The notes beneath the pieces were generated by a model. That model searched no databases and was not told the DNA's origin. It worked only from the letters and a program-made list of their open reading frames with translations. Shown in pieces: positions 17,913 through 28,397 of a DNA stretch of 54,872 nucleotides (position 1 is the first letter of the stretch; the number at the start of each line of letters is the position of its first letter). The stretch is from Campylobacterota bacterium (GTDB lineage Bacteria > Campylobacterota > Campylobacteria > Campylobacterales > Sulfurovaceae), in assembly GCA_034722955.1 (NCBI GenBank), contig JAYEOM010000027.1:1-54872 (forward strand), read 5' to 3'. The position numbers were made by a program, and so were the translations under genes.

Positions 17913-18848
17913 TCAATACCCATTGATACTATACTGCACATAGAACTTTATCTTGGTTTTTTTGCGTGGCAGGGGGTAGTCTCTGTATGCTAATCTTATG
18001 ACTTGGATGGTGTTTTGGTCTAGGGCTTCATATCCCATGTGTCTCTCTAGTCTTAGGTTGCTTATCTTTCCATTTGGGTGGAGGTAGAAAGAGACTATGT
18101 TGACACCCTGTTGACCTGTTCTGGCAGCTACCTCTGGGTATCCGTTGCGACTGAGTGTCATCTGGGTGATTCTATGGATGATACCTAGATTGTTTTCTAT
18201 AAATCTCTTCTGTTGGGAGCCGTAGCTGTTGAACTCACTTCCATAGAGCTGTTTTATCATTCGTTTGGTTGAAGGGCTTGCTTTTGATGCTCTTCTTGGT
18301 TTTGAGTTGAGTGCTTTTGATCTGCTGCTCCCCATCAATGAGTTTGCCAAGGGTGATTTATAGTTCTGTTGTTTAAGCTTTTTTTGTACAGTTTTTCTCT
18401 TTGGCGGCACTTTTTTTATAGGCGGTTTTTTGACAATCTTTTTGACTTTTTTGGGCTCTTTTTTGACTAACTTTTTTGGCTCTTTTTTGATACTTTTAGT
18501 AACATTATTATCCTCTGTAGCTTTGGCAGCAGTGAGTATCTTTTTCTCTTTTATGACTTTTCTTTTAGGTTCGGGTCTCTCTTTTATGACTTTTTTGGGT
18601 TCAGGTTTGGGTGTAATGATCGGTTTTGGCGGTACTATCTTGGGCTGAGGTTTAGGTCTTGGTTTTGGTGCAGGAGGTACAAACTGCGAAAGATCGAGCG
18701 AGATCTTCTTGCCACTCTCTTTTGGCGGAGAGACAAATATCTTCTCTGCACTAACCCAAAAGAGCAGTAGGATCAATAGGTGCAATAGTAGTGATAGTGC
18801 GAACCCCTTGAGTGTTCTTATCTTCTCTCTTTGTCCTCTTTTTATCAT
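17913..18848 (-). CDS. tonB: energy transducer TonB
   Basis: N-terminal TM anchor, a long Pro/Lys-rich spacer (PPAPKPRPKPQPK...) and a C-terminal TonB domain (YPEVAARTGQQGVNIVSFYLHPNGKISN). Confidence 0.8.
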   Translation of the reverse strand: MIKRGQREKIRTLKGFALSLLLHLLILLLFWVSAEKIFVSPPKESGKKISLDLSQFVPPAPKPRPKPQPKIVPPKPIITPKPEPKKVIKERPEPKRKVIKEKKILTAAKATEDNNVTKSIKKEPKKLVKKEPKKVKKIVKKPPIKKVPPKRKTVQKKLKQQNYKSPLANSLMGSSRSKALNSKPRRASKASPSTKRMIKQLYGSEFNSYGSQQKRFIENNLGIIHRITQMTLSRNGYPEVAARTGQQGVNIVSFYLHPNGKISNLRLERHMGYEALDQNTIQVIRLAYRDYPLPRKKTKIKFYVQYSINGY

Positions 18849-18890
18849 GTTCTCTTTTCTGTTTAATATTATGATCTTGTTGCATAATAC

Positions 18891-18913
18891 GGTATAATTT
18901 CAGGAATTATACC
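18891..18913. promoter_or_regulatory. perfect 9-5-9 palindrome carrying mirrored TATAAT boxes between tonB and hemL
   Basis: ggtataatt-tcagg-aattatacc. It reads GGTATAAT on both strands, 18 nt upstream of the hemL ATG. Confidence 0.45.
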
Positions 18914-18930
18914 GAAAAAGGATATGAATA

Positions 18931-20238
18931 ATGGGTTATGATAAGAGTATAGAAGCATTTGAAGAGGCGTATCGTGTCATTCCTGGTGGTGTTGACTCAC
19001 CAGTAAGAGCATTTTCCAGTGTGGGAGGAACACCACCATTTATCGAGAGAGGGGAGGGGGCTTATCTCTATGATATCGATGGCAATCGCTATATTGATTT
19101 TGTACAGAGTTGGGGTCCTTTGATCTTTGGTCATTGTGATGAAGATATAGAGAGAGCAGTGATTAATGCAGTCCATAGAGGGTTGAGTTTTGGTGCACCT
19201 ACAACGATCGAGACCAAGTTGGCAGATGAGATCGTCTCACTCTTTGATGCGATAGATAAGATACGCTTTGTGAGTTCTGGTACAGAGGCAGTGATGAGTG
19301 CATTGCGTTTGGCTAGAGGATATACTAGCAGAGATGATATCATCAAGTTTACCGGCTGTTATCATGGGCATAGTGACTCTCTATTGGTTCAAGCGGGCAG
19401 TGGTGCTGTGACATTTGGTCACCCTAGCAGTCCCGGTGTTCCAGCTGACTTGACCAAACATACACTACTGGCACAATATAATAATATAGAGAGTGTCAAA
19501 AAGTGTTTCAGTGATAGCAAAGAGGGGGTTGCCTGTATCATTATCGAACCTATCGCAGGTAATATGGGGTTGGTACCAGCTGCAGAGGAGTTCCTAAAAG
19601 AGTTGAGAGTGCTTTGTGATGAGCATGGTACACTGTTGATATTTGATGAGGTGATGAGTGGATTTAGAGCTTCACTGAGGGGTGCAGAGGGTTTGACCAC
19701 TGTCAAGCCTGATATGATCACACTGGGCAAGGTGATAGGTGGTGGTATGCCTGTAGGTGCATTTGGTGCTAGAGCTGAGATCATGGCACACCTCTCTCCG
19801 GAGGGTCCAGTCTATCAAGCAGGGACACTTAGCGGCAATCCTGTAGCGATGGCTGCGGGACTTGCTAGTCTCAACAAACTCGTGCATCACCCTTCACTAT
19901 ATGTCACTATGGGCAACAGTGCCAAACGATTGATGCGGGGGTTCAAGAGTGCCGCCGATAGTGCCGGTATCCCTCTAGTGACCAATGTTCGCGGTAGTAT
20001 GTTTGGATTTTTCTTTAGTGATAAGCCAGTAGACAATTTCGAAGAGGCACTAGAGAACGATAGTGAAGCTTTTGCCAAATTTCATAAAGGGATGCTGGAT
20101 AGAGGTATATATCTCGCATGTTCAGCCTATGAGACAGGATTTATCTCGACAGTTATGAGTGATGCTATGATCGATGAGACGATAGAGGCAGCTCATATTG
20201 TCATGCAGGAGATGAAGAACTCTGCAGAGGAGGAGTAG
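18931..20238 (+). CDS. hemL: glutamate-1-semialdehyde 2,1-aminomutase
   Basis: [12 protein letters not shown] and FDEVMSGFR, with the PLP-lysine context [16 protein letters not shown]. Confidence 0.95.
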   Translation: MGYDKSIEAFEEAYRVIPGGVDSPVRAFSSVGGTPPFIERGEGAYLYDIDGNRYIDFVQSWGPLIFGHCDEDIERAVINAVHRGLSFGAPTTIETKLADEIVSLFDAIDKIRFVSSGTEAVMSALRLARGYTSRDDIIKFTGCYHGHSDSLLVQAGSGAVTFGHPSSPGVPADLTKHTLLAQYNNIESVKKCFSDSKEGVACIIIEPIAGNMGLVPAAEEFLKELRVLCDEHGTLLIFDEVMSGFRASLRGAEGLTTVKPDMITLGKVIGGGMPVGAFGARAEIMAHLSPEGPVYQAGTLSGNPVAMAAGLASLNKLVHHPSLYVTMGNSAKRLMRGFKSAADSAGIPLVTNVRGSMFGFFFSDKPVDNFEEALENDSEAFAKFHKGMLDRGIYLACSAYETGFISTVMSDAMIDETIEAAHIVMQEMKNSAEEE

Positions 20239-20240
20239 AT

Positions 20241-20564
20241 ATGGATGACAGAGAGCAGATAGCCAACGAGAGTCAAGAGCCAAAGATGAAAAAAATTGTT
20301 GATGCCGCAGATGGCTTGAGTCTGGGTATCTCTATCGTTGTTGCAATTTTGATCGGTGTAGGTTTGGGTTTGGGGATGAAGCATCTCTTTGGATATACTT
20401 GGCTCTTGTGGCTTGGTGTATTTTGGGGTATCAGTGCAGCGATACTAAATATATATAAAGCCTACAAGAGGCAGAAAGCATCACTCGATGAGTTGGCAAA
20501 AGATCCTAGATACTCTCAAAAACGATATGATGCATCAGCAGAGGATGAGGATGACAAATATTAA
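20241..20564 (+). CDS. AtpZ/AtpI-like small membrane protein
   Basis: Two TM helices, with GLSLGISIVVAILIGVGLGLGM typical of the AtpZ/AtpI family. There is no ATP synthase operon nearby. Confidence 0.45.
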   Translation: MDDREQIANESQEPKMKKIVDAADGLSLGISIVVAILIGVGLGLGMKHLFGYTWLLWLGVFWGISAAILNIYKAYKRQKASLDELAKDPRYSQKRYDASAEDEDDKY

Positions 20565-21108
20565 CAAAAAGATACTCAATACTCTTCTTGTGATTGATAT
20601 TGGTATTCTTATATTTTGTATACTTTCAGGAGATCGCAACTGGCTCTATACGACACAGATAGGTTTTTTTACTTCATCATTGGTGATCGCTGCCTCTATG
20701 GCAAGCTACCGTCGCATGATAGAGAAACGACTGGAGTATGGCTCTGTTCCCATAGAAGATGATCGTGAAGAGCTTGACAAGATAGATGATCCATATGATC
20801 TATATAGTGATAATCCTCAAGAGAGAGAACTCTCCAAAGAGGAGTTTGCAGAGGTGGTCAAGGAGGAGAGAGCTCTACAGAAATCCAACAAGAGATCTAT
20901 CTCGGAAGTGATCAAAGACTCTAGGGCATTTTTGTCATTTTATCGTCTCGGTGCTTATGCTCTGCTCATACTGGGATTTTTCTATCTCAACCGTCATGAA
21001 TATTTGGATATTTCTGCCTACTTCTTTGCATTGAGTGTACCACCGGTGATAGTAGTCATCATGCTTATGCGTGAAAACAAAAGCAGTACGGAGATTAAGG
21101 TTAAATGA
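20551..21108 (+). CDS. hypothetical membrane protein (2+2 TM with an acidic central loop)
   Basis: The ATG at 20551 is preceded by GAGGATGAGG and overlaps the upstream stop. I recognise no family. Confidence 0.5.
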   Translation: MTNINKKILNTLLVIDIGILIFCILSGDRNWLYTTQIGFFTSSLVIAASMASYRRMIEKRLEYGSVPIEDDREELDKIDDPYDLYSDNPQERELSKEEFAEVVKEERALQKSNKRSISEVIKDSRAFLSFYRLGAYALLILGFFYLNRHEYLDISAYFFALSVPPVIVVIMLMRENKSSTEIKVK

Positions 21109-21599
21109 AAAAATCAGAGTATGAACAGGAGTTATTTGAGGCTTATATAGGTACTCCAGAGAAGTTTGACTGGTATACACAAGCCTTTGAGTATTTTGAA
21201 CAGAGAGAGAACAGGATGAGCTGGTACTGGAGTATCTGGGCGATGATAGGTGGGTTCTGGTACCTCATCTATCGCAAGCAAATGAAGATGGCAATGATAG
21301 TTCTATTTGTATCTATATTTTTGGGAGCTATCCTGCCTATGGGGTTACTGCCTTTTGTTATGCTTCTGTTTGCTATCGCTATGGGTGGGTTTGGTACCTA
21401 TTTTGTCTATGCCCAATACCGTACTAAACGAGAAGAGTTAGAGGCTGTTTTGGATGATGAAGAGAAGAGAATCCTCATAATGAAGTATAAGATAGGCGGT
21501 GTCAATCGACTAGCGATCCCCATGGCGATCATCATGCTGATTTCACTGATATCGATAGTTATAGGATTGGCAGTGATGTCAGGGAGAGTAGTACTATAA
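21105..21599 (+). CDS. DUF2628-like membrane protein
   Basis: WYWSIWAMIGGFWYLIYRKQMKMA resembles the DUF2628 core. There is a 4-nt start/stop overlap with the upstream gene. Confidence 0.5.
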   Translation: MKKSEYEQELFEAYIGTPEKFDWYTQAFEYFEQRENRMSWYWSIWAMIGGFWYLIYRKQMKMAMIVLFVSIFLGAILPMGLLPFVMLLFAIAMGGFGTYFVYAQYRTKREELEAVLDDEEKRILIMKYKIGGVNRLAIPMAIIMLISLISIVIGLAVMSGRVVL

Positions 21600-21604
21600 T
21601 AGTG

Positions 21605-21613
21605 TGCTATAAT
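21605..21613 (+). promoter_or_regulatory. extended -10 (TGCTATAAT) promoter candidate for the ABC transporter operon
   Basis: A perfect TGnTATAAT 22 nt upstream of the ATG at 21635, with AAGGAG between them. Confidence 0.5.
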
Positions 21614-21634
21614 GATAGAAATTAAGGAGTAGAG

Positions 21635-22417
21635 ATGTACAAAAATTTATTGATTGCTTTATCGGCTTTGCTCTTATTGTCAAGTTTGGTCTATGCTGAC
21701 AGGTTAGCAGATATAAAAAGTGCAGGTATCTTAAAAGCTGGTGTTAAATTTGATTTTAAACCATTTGGATTTGTAAATGAGAAAAATGATGTAGTAGGTT
21801 TTGATATTGATCTATTGAAGTATATTGCTAAAGAGTTAGGTGTGAAAGTAGAGTTTCAGCAAGTCACATCTAAAACACGCATACCATTGGTAGTAGGTGG
21901 GCAGATAGATATAGCTGCTGCATCAATGACACATAAGATTCAAAGAGATGATGCGATTGATTTTACCATCTCATACTTCTTTGATGGGCAGTCTATACTT
22001 GTCAGAGATGATTGCAAGGCAACAGATGCCAAAGAGTTTGCAGGTAAAAAAGTAGGAGCCATTCAGGGTGCTACAAGTGGTGAAAACTTTAAAAAAGCTG
22101 TACCTGATGCGAAGATTGTCTCTTTTCAAGAGTATCCACAGGCCATTATGGCACTCAAAAAAGGCAAGATAGATGCTGTGACTACAGATCTCATCTGGTG
22201 TACAACACAAGCCAATGATAGTAGAGGTACTCTGAAGGTAACTGGCGGAACACTCTCAACTGAACCTTATGGGATGGGTGTAGCTGAAAATGAGTCTAAC
22301 TTCAGGGATGCAATAAACTTTGCTATTCAAAATGCTGTCAAAGATGGCACATATACTAAACTATATAAAAAATGGTTTGGTAAGAATCCAACGGTACTTC
22401 CTGAACTCTGGCCATAG
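21635..22417 (+). CDS. amino-acid ABC transporter substrate-binding protein (family 3 SBP)
   Basis: Signal peptide. GILKAGVKFDFKPFGF and DIAAASMTH are typical polar amino-acid SBP motifs. Confidence 0.9.
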   Translation: MYKNLLIALSALLLLSSLVYADRLADIKSAGILKAGVKFDFKPFGFVNEKNDVVGFDIDLLKYIAKELGVKVEFQQVTSKTRIPLVVGGQIDIAAASMTHKIQRDDAIDFTISYFFDGQSILVRDDCKATDAKEFAGKKVGAIQGATSGENFKKAVPDAKIVSFQEYPQAIMALKKGKIDAVTTDLIWCTTQANDSRGTLKVTGGTLSTEPYGMGVAENESNFRDAINFAIQNAVKDGTYTKLYKKWFGKNPTVLPELWP

Positions 22418-22451
22418 ATGAGGTACTCCTATCAATTTAAAATAGGGCTTC

Positions 22452-23186
22452 ATGGATATGGGATATGAATTTGACTGGTCAGTGCTGTTGACCTATAGAC
22501 AACTGCTTATAGATGGGTCTGTGATGACTTTGAAGCTATCTATGATCGGTATATTTTTTGCTTTTCTGCTCGGTTCGCTTATGGGATTGGCTAGAGTAAG
22601 TAAAAACTTTTTTATATCACTTTTTGCTGCATATTATGTAGAGTTTTTTAAAAATATCCCACTTATTGTACAGATGTTCTTTATCTATTTTTCGTTTTCA
22701 TTGACAGATATATTTCCAACTCTGGAAGTTTTTGGAAGCTGGTTGGGTTTGGAAAATTATAATGAATTCTTCTCTGCACTATTGGCTCTGATCACTTATA
22801 CCAGTACCTACATAGCAGAAGCTATAAGAGGCGGAATACAATCTCTTCCAAAAGGACAATTAGAGGCTGCCAAGACATTGGGTATGGACTATATTCAGTC
22901 TATGCACCTCATCATATTTCCTCAAGCTATAAAATTGGTATGGGGACCCATCACGAGTCAATTTATCAATTTGATTAAAAATTCATCTTTGGCCATGACT
23001 ATAGGTGTTGCAGAGTTGACTTTTGCGACACAGGAGATAGACAGTTTGACTTTTAGAGGGTTTGAAGCAGCTACAGCAGTTACACTCCTATATCTATTGT
23101 TAACTCTGATTACATCATCTATTATGTCTCTTATAGATCGATATGCACTGATTAGAACAAGTAGTACCAAAAGCGTGATACGATGA
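22452..23186 (+). CDS. amino-acid ABC transporter permease (His/Glu/Gln/Arg/opine family)
   Basis: EAIRGGIQSLPKGQLEAAKTLGM is the EAA loop. Confidence 0.9.
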   Translation: MDMGYEFDWSVLLTYRQLLIDGSVMTLKLSMIGIFFAFLLGSLMGLARVSKNFFISLFAAYYVEFFKNIPLIVQMFFIYFSFSLTDIFPTLEVFGSWLGLENYNEFFSALLALITYTSTYIAEAIRGGIQSLPKGQLEAAKTLGMDYIQSMHLIIFPQAIKLVWGPITSQFINLIKNSSLAMTIGVAELTFATQEIDSLTFRGFEAATAVTLLYLLLTLITSSIMSLIDRYALIRTSSTKSVIR

Positions 23187-24001
23187 GTAGAAAATTGAAT
23201 GAATATTTTGATGAACATAAAATGTTATTTTTTATTTTGAACTTGCTGTTTATTGTCCTGCTTTTAAAATGCTTTCAAGTGCTTGCATTTCCTGATGCAG
23301 ATTTTCAAGCAGCATTAACAGCTGGAAATATAGAGTTTATGATGTTTGGTATGAGAGATGAACTTGGCGGATTTGTTTTGACATTTGCTATAGCCATCAT
23401 AGCTATGCTCTTCTCTTTCGTTTTTGGTTCTTTACTCGGGATTGCTAGGTACAGTAATATTAAAATTTTAAAGATTCCAGCAACTATCTATATAGAACTA
23501 TTTAGGGCTTTGCCACTTATTATGGTAATATTTTGGGTCTATTTTGCTATTCCCATCGTAGGAGCAGCAATATTTGAAACGAAGATAGCTCTATCTGCTT
23601 TGATAAGTGCTATCATCTCTTTTACACTTTTTGAATCAGCATATATAGCAGAGATAGTCAGAGCAGGGATAAACTCTATCCCAAAAGGACAGTTTGAAGC
23701 GGCAAAGACATTGGGAATGAACTCTTGGCAAATATCTACTATAATAATCCTGCCGCAAGCATATAGAAGAATGATACCAGCTATATCTTCTCAATTTGTT
23801 TCACTCTTTAAAGATACATCTTTAGTCTATGTGATAGGTGTTGTTGAGTTTTTTAGAGCTGCTACTATTGTCAACAATAGGATATATATGAGTTTTGAAA
23901 TACTGAGTTTTGTTGCAATAGTATATTTTGTATCAGCATTTACACTGAGTAAGATAGCAGAACAGTTAGAAAAAAAAGTAGCAAAACAGTTGCATGCTTA
24001 G
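23183..24001 (+). CDS. amino-acid ABC transporter permease
   Basis: EIVRAGINSIPKGQFEAAKTLGM is the EAA loop. There is a 4-nt overlap with the upstream permease gene. Confidence 0.9.
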   Translation: MSRKLNEYFDEHKMLFFILNLLFIVLLLKCFQVLAFPDADFQAALTAGNIEFMMFGMRDELGGFVLTFAIAIIAMLFSFVFGSLLGIARYSNIKILKIPATIYIELFRALPLIMVIFWVYFAIPIVGAAIFETKIALSALISAIISFTLFESAYIAEIVRAGINSIPKGQFEAAKTLGMNSWQISTIIILPQAYRRMIPAISSQFVSLFKDTSLVYVIGVVEFFRAATIVNNRIYMSFEILSFVAIVYFVSAFTLSKIAEQLEKKVAKQLHA

Positions 24002-24010
24002 GAGTTTTAG

Positions 24011-24763
24011 GTGAATAAATATATGGTAGAGATGAGAGATATAGAAAAGTACTATGGTAAGTTTCATGCCTTGCAAGATATCAATTTCAATGTTGCAGAG
24101 GGAGAGATAGTAGTAGTCTGCGGACCAAGCGGAAGTGGGAAATCGACTCTAATCAGGTGCATCAACAGACTTGAAGATACTACTAGCGGAACTCTAATAG
24201 TAAATGGAGAAGATTTGGCAGATGCCAAAACAGATATCAACAGTGTTAGACAGCAAGCAGGTATGGTATTTCAACATTTCAATCTTTTTCCTCATAAGAG
24301 TATTTTAGAAAACATCACTATAGGTCCCATAAAAGTAAAAAAAATGACTAAAATAGAAGCTAACAAAAAAGCCATGAAGTTACTTGAAAAAGTCAAGATT
24401 TTGGATCAAGCTGACAAATATCCAGGTGAGCTCAGTGGTGGAGAGCAGCAGAGAGTCGCAATAGCTAGAACTCTAGCTATGGAACCTAAAATTATCTTAT
24501 TTGATGAACCTACATCTGCATTGGATCCTGAGATGATAGGTGAAGTACTGGATGTTATGAAATCATTAGCAAAAGAGAACTATACTATAGTGTGTGTAAC
24601 GCACGAAATGGGTTTTGCCAAAGAGGTGGCTGACCGTATAGTCTTTATGGCTGATGGCATGATATTGGAAGAGAATAGACCAGAGGAGTTTTTTAATAAT
24701 CCCAAAACTAATAGAGCTAAACAATTTTTAAATGAGATTTTAGATAAGGCTACCACAAAGTAA
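24011..24763 (+). CDS. amino-acid ABC transporter ATP-binding protein
   Basis: Walker [10 protein letters not shown], signature [13 protein letters not shown] and Walker [12 protein letters not shown]. The GTG start follows AGGAG. Confidence 0.95.
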   Translation: MNKYMVEMRDIEKYYGKFHALQDINFNVAEGEIVVVCGPSGSGKSTLIRCINRLEDTTSGTLIVNGEDLADAKTDINSVRQQAGMVFQHFNLFPHKSILENITIGPIKVKKMTKIEANKKAMKLLEKVKILDQADKYPGELSGGEQQRVAIARTLAMEPKIILFDEPTSALDPEMIGEVLDVMKSLAKENYTIVCVTHEMGFAKEVADRIVFMADGMILEENRPEEFFNNPKTNRAKQFLNEILDKATTK

Positions 24764-24765
24764 AT

Positions 24766-24790
24766 TTGCCTCTTCTGTTTAGAGAGGCAA
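24766..24790. terminator. candidate bidirectional hairpin between convergent genes
   Basis: ttgcctct-(9 nt loop)-agaggcaa, a perfect 8-bp stem. It overlaps the last codons of the response regulator. Confidence 0.35.
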
Positions 24791-25777
24791 CTTACTTAGT
24801 GTGGCAAATTTTTGAATAGTTTGAATAATATGATCTACATCAATTGGTTTGTATAGCACAAGATTAGCACCGCTCTCTAATAGTTTCTCCTTAGTCTCTC
24901 TGCTGGTATCACTTGTAAGACCAAAGATAGGAACCCTATCATACTCTTTCTCTTTTTCAATTTGACGAATGACTTGTATAGCTTCATGACCGGACATGCC
25001 TGCCATTATCTCATCCATGAAGATAAGGTCTATCTTCTTATGTTTAAACCTCTCTATAGCTTCAATGCCACTCTCTGCAGTAATTATATTGATGGAGTAA
25101 TCATGTAAAACAGCCTCTAAAAATCTCAAAATAATCACACTATTATCAACAATCAAAATATTTATAATGCTAGTATCGTTTTCAATCAATGACTCTTTAG
25201 TGATATCTTTATCATCTTCTACTGCTATTTGACCACTGTTTTGATCGTTTGCAGTAATCTTTGCATGAATGGCAATCGAAAATCTATTGATATAGTCGAT
25301 ATCTTTTTGCGTGAATGGCTCTCTGTTTGCATCGGTTGTTGCAATCCAGACAATGGCAATAATATTTTTTGTATCACTATGATCAAAAATAGGTACAACC
25401 AATATATCATTGATTTTAGCATCGATAAAATTGTCTATATTTTTACGATAGAGAAAATTTCTTCTTGCATGGGTAGCAATATAAGGTTTTTTGGAGTAAA
25501 AAGACTCAAATAAAATACCCTCTACACTTGATTCGGCACTGATGGGAATATCTATCTGCTTACTAACAATATGAAAGTTTTTTTCCTTTGAGTTTAATAA
25601 AAGGACAAAAGCTTCTTGAGCAGATGTGATCTCTTTAACTCTTTTTTCATACTCTAAAACTGTTTCAGAAAAAGTAAAATCCTCATTGAGTCTTTTTTCA
25701 CATTCTAAAAGGATATCTTCAAATGCTTCTTCAGTCAACTCACTTCTATTTTTCATTGAAATGTCACTTTCGTTCAT
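24779..25777 (-). CDS. response regulator with an N-terminal GAF-like sensory region and a C-terminal receiver domain
   Basis: The C-terminal ILIVDNSVIIL...DLIFMDEIMAGMSGHEAI...LTSD...KP is a CheY-like receiver. No DNA-binding output domain is seen. Confidence 0.7.
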   Translation of the reverse strand: MNESDISMKNRSELTEEAFEDILLECEKRLNEDFTFSETVLEYEKRVKEITSAQEAFVLLLNSKEKNFHIVSKQIDIPISAESSVEGILFESFYSKKPYIATHARRNFLYRKNIDNFIDAKINDILVVPIFDHSDTKNIIAIVWIATTDANREPFTQKDIDYINRFSIAIHAKITANDQNSGQIAVEDDKDITKESLIENDTSIINILIVDNSVIILRFLEAVLHDYSINIITAESGIEAIERFKHKKIDLIFMDEIMAGMSGHEAIQVIRQIEKEKEYDRVPIFGLTSDTSRETKEKLLESGANLVLYKPIDVDHIIQTIQKFATLSKLPL

Positions 25778-25998
25778 ATTAAGACTACTTCTGCATCAAG
25801 TATTAGATAGACCTTAGAGAGCGTCTTCAAATGCTTCTACACTGTTAGGTATAGCTATACTCAAAAGCATTCCTAGTTGAACTTTTTTACTATTGATCAG
25901 CATTCCCCATCTGTAATCACCCAAAGGGAGGATTATAACCATATGATCCCCTTCCAAATCAAGGATATAGTACTTATGTCTTGAATATGTGAGTGGTA

Positions 25999-27294
25999 CT
26001 AGTTAAACTCTCTCTCTCTTATAGTTAGATAGTTGCTAACACCCTCTGCAATCCCTTTGGCTATACGATTTTGATAGTCTGCCTTGAAGAGTCTAGCTCG
26101 TTCTGTCGGATTTGTGATATAGCCAACTTCTATCAAGATGGAAGGCATCTGTGCACCTACAAGCACCCAAAATGGAGCTGGTCTGACACCACCATCTTTG
26201 ACACCTCTGTACCGTTGTTTTAAGTTTCGTATCATTCTAGATTGGACATCGATGGCTAACTTGTGAGATAGTTCGATTTTTGGTCCTGAGAGTACAGCAT
26301 TGAGGATGACATTATTACTTAGGAAATCATTTTTGTTCAAGACAACACTATTCTCTTTTGCTGCGATACGCTTCGATCTAGCACTTCTAGTAGTCTGTAG
26401 AAAATAGGTTTCAACCCCATAGACTTTATTGTATCTACGCTTGTTAGCGATAGCATTTGCATGTATAGAGATAAAGATATCTGCCTTGTGTCTGTTAGCA
26501 AACTTGGTACGATTTTTGAGCTTTACATATCTATCATTGGTTCGTGTCATTTTGACTCTGAAACGCTTCTTTTTCAAATACTTCTCTACACGCTTTGCTA
26601 TCTGAAGTACTATGACTTTTTCATAATAACGCCTCGCTCCGATAGCACCGCTATCTTTACCTCCATGACCGGCATCAACTACGATAGTATAAGTTTTTTT
26701 TAGAGAAGAGCTGCTGCTAGTACTCTTAGAGGTAGATTTACTACTAAATAGTGAAGAGAAGATCGAAGTTTTTTTCTTTGGAGCTGTTATGGGTTCAGCA
26801 GGTTTTTGTAGTTTGACCTTTGGTCTCTCTTTTACTGTTGGTTGATTCTTCTTTACTCTTTTTGCAGGTGCTACGGTTTGTTGTGCATATTTGCGGGAAG
26901 TGTTAAACGATATGTTGCTACTCTTTGGAAGGGTGATAGTATAAATATTGCGGGATGCCATAGGTTGATATCCATATGCCTTGTACGGAGTATTTGTCTC
27001 AATAACGATGCGTACTACACTGTTTTTATGCTCTCCTACGCGGAATGATCGGACACCTTCTGAGGAGAGAGCAGAGACAATATCGTAACTTTTCAAACGG
27101 GTATTTTTGATATCAATCACATGTCTTGGTGGGTTGGTCAAGATCAGCTCATGTATATCATCTCTATTGATGTAGGATGAAAAAACCAAGTTAAGTTCAT
27201 CATTTTTGATCTCTGCTCTCTTTAGTGTATTGACTGCAAAGGCAAATGAACTATTGAGAACCAATATGAGTAAAAAAAGGGGAAAAAATTTCAA
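25999..27294 (-). CDS. N-acetylmuramoyl-L-alanine amidase (AMIN domain plus Amidase_3)
   Basis: TIVVDAGHGGKDSGAIG, ISIHANA and ILIEVGYITN. There is an N-terminal AMIN-like domain and a low-complexity S/K linker. The start is TTG. Confidence 0.85.
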   Translation of the reverse strand: MKFFPLFLLILVLNSSFAFAVNTLKRAEIKNDELNLVFSSYINRDDIHELILTNPPRHVIDIKNTRLKSYDIVSALSSEGVRSFRVGEHKNSVVRIVIETNTPYKAYGYQPMASRNIYTITLPKSSNISFNTSRKYAQQTVAPAKRVKKNQPTVKERPKVKLQKPAEPITAPKKKTSIFSSLFSSKSTSKSTSSSSSLKKTYTIVVDAGHGGKDSGAIGARRYYEKVIVLQIAKRVEKYLKKKRFRVKMTRTNDRYVKLKNRTKFANRHKADIFISIHANAIANKRRYNKVYGVETYFLQTTRSARSKRIAAKENSVVLNKNDFLSNNVILNAVLSGPKIELSHKLAIDVQSRMIRNLKQRYRGVKDGGVRPAPFWVLVGAQMPSILIEVGYITNPTERARLFKADYQNRIAKGIAEGVSNYLTIREREFN

Positions 27295-27299
27295 AACAA

Positions 27300-28397
27300 C
27301 TACACTTTCTCATTCATAAGTTTATCTAAAAGCTCTTTGACAGTTATGATTTCATTGAGTCTATATCCATTTGATCCGGTAAAGAAGAGTCCAGATTCAA
27401 CCTTGCCATCATAAGCATCACTCAATCTATCAGCGATACAAAATCCTACCTCCTTGGCTTCTACTCCTCGTTTGCAAGGAGCAACACAGTTGGATACACA
27501 AGATATCTTTGGTGCAGTTTTCTCTTCGATCATAGTCTGAAGATTTGTTTTGACACCTCTTGCAGGGTAACCTACCGGTGACTTGAGAAGTTTGATATCC
27601 TCACTCCTCGCATCCAGAATAACCTGTTTGAAATTATCATGTGCATCACACTCAACAGTACCTATAAATCTAGTACCCATCTGTACTCCAGCAGCACCCA
27701 TCTCTAACATCTTGGAGATATCATTATGATCCCAGATACCACCTGCTGCAATCACAGGAATATCTCCCCAATTTTTCGCCTCTTCTATAACTGGAGGCAG
27801 TATCACTTCAAGTTGATTTTCAGGGAGAAAGCACTCCTCATATTTAAAGCCTTGGTGACCACCGCTGAGCGGACCCTCTACGATGACAGCATCTGGAAGT
27901 CTTCCATGTGTTTTTTTCCAGCGACGACATATGATTCGTAAAGCTTTAGCGGTTGATACTATAGGTATCAGTGCTACATCAGGATAAGCTTTGGTCGCCT
28001 CTGGCATAGTCAGAGGTAGACCGGCACCAGTGATAATCATATCGGCACCCGCTTCACAGGCATCTTTGACGATACGATCATAATCAACAGAGGCATAGAG
28101 TACATTACACGCAAGCGGTTTATCTCCACAAATATCTCTGGCACTCTTAAAAATAGCATGAAGAGCTTTTGCAGAGTAGAAGTTGTCTGCTTCAGAGGGA
28201 CGCATATCTTTGAGAAGTTTATCTGAGTATTCACGGTTATGATAGATACCTGTACCTACAGAACTGACTACTCCTAGTCCCCCCTCTTTGCTTACAGTGC
28301 CTGCAAGCTGATCCCAAGAGATCCCTACACCCATACCACCTTGAATGATAGGCTTCTCTATAGCATATTTTCCTATTTTAAAAGGTTTAAAAGACAT
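27300..28397 (-). CDS. nitronate monooxygenase-family NAD(P)H-dependent flavin oxidoreductase
   Basis: PIIQGGMGVGIS, AAGGIWD and GAAGVQMGTRF are NMO/FabK-like TIM-barrel motifs. Confidence 0.8.
   Translation of the reverse strand: MSFKPFKIGKYAIEKPIIQGGMGVGISWDQLAGTVSKEGGLGVVSSVGTGIYHNREYSDKLLKDMRPSEADNFYSAKALHAIFKSARDICGDKPLACNVLYASVDYDRIVKDACEAGADMIITGAGLPLTMPEATKAYPDVALIPIVSTAKALRIICRRWKKTHGRLPDAVIVEGPLSGGHQGFKYEECFLPENQLEVILPPVIEEAKNWGDIPVIAAGGIWDHNDISKMLEMGAAGVQMGTRFIGTVECDAHDNFKQVILDARSEDIKLLKSPVGYPARGVKTNLQTMIEEKTAPKISCVSNCVAPCKRGVEAKEVGFCIADRLSDAYDGKVESGLFFTGSNGYRLNEIITVKELLDKLMNEKV

Noticed and set aside
20241-20564. AtpZ/AtpI-like gene as a sign of a displaced ATP synthase operon
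   Set aside because: No atp genes are in the window. Small two-TM proteins of this type are easily over-interpreted, so I kept it as a low-confidence annotation only.
24745-24763. AAGGCTACCACAAAG at the 3' end of the ABC ATPase gene, as a possible fourth copy of the 24-nt element
   Set aside because: Only about 10 of 15 positions match, and it lies within coding sequence (DKATTK). That is compatible with chance.
25814-25942. 42-codon minus-strand ORF (MVIILPLGDYRWGMLINSKK...) between the amidase and the response regulator
   Set aside because: A purine-rich stretch (GGAAGGGGA) precedes it, but I recognise no family and it is short. It may be real, but I cannot support it from sequence alone.
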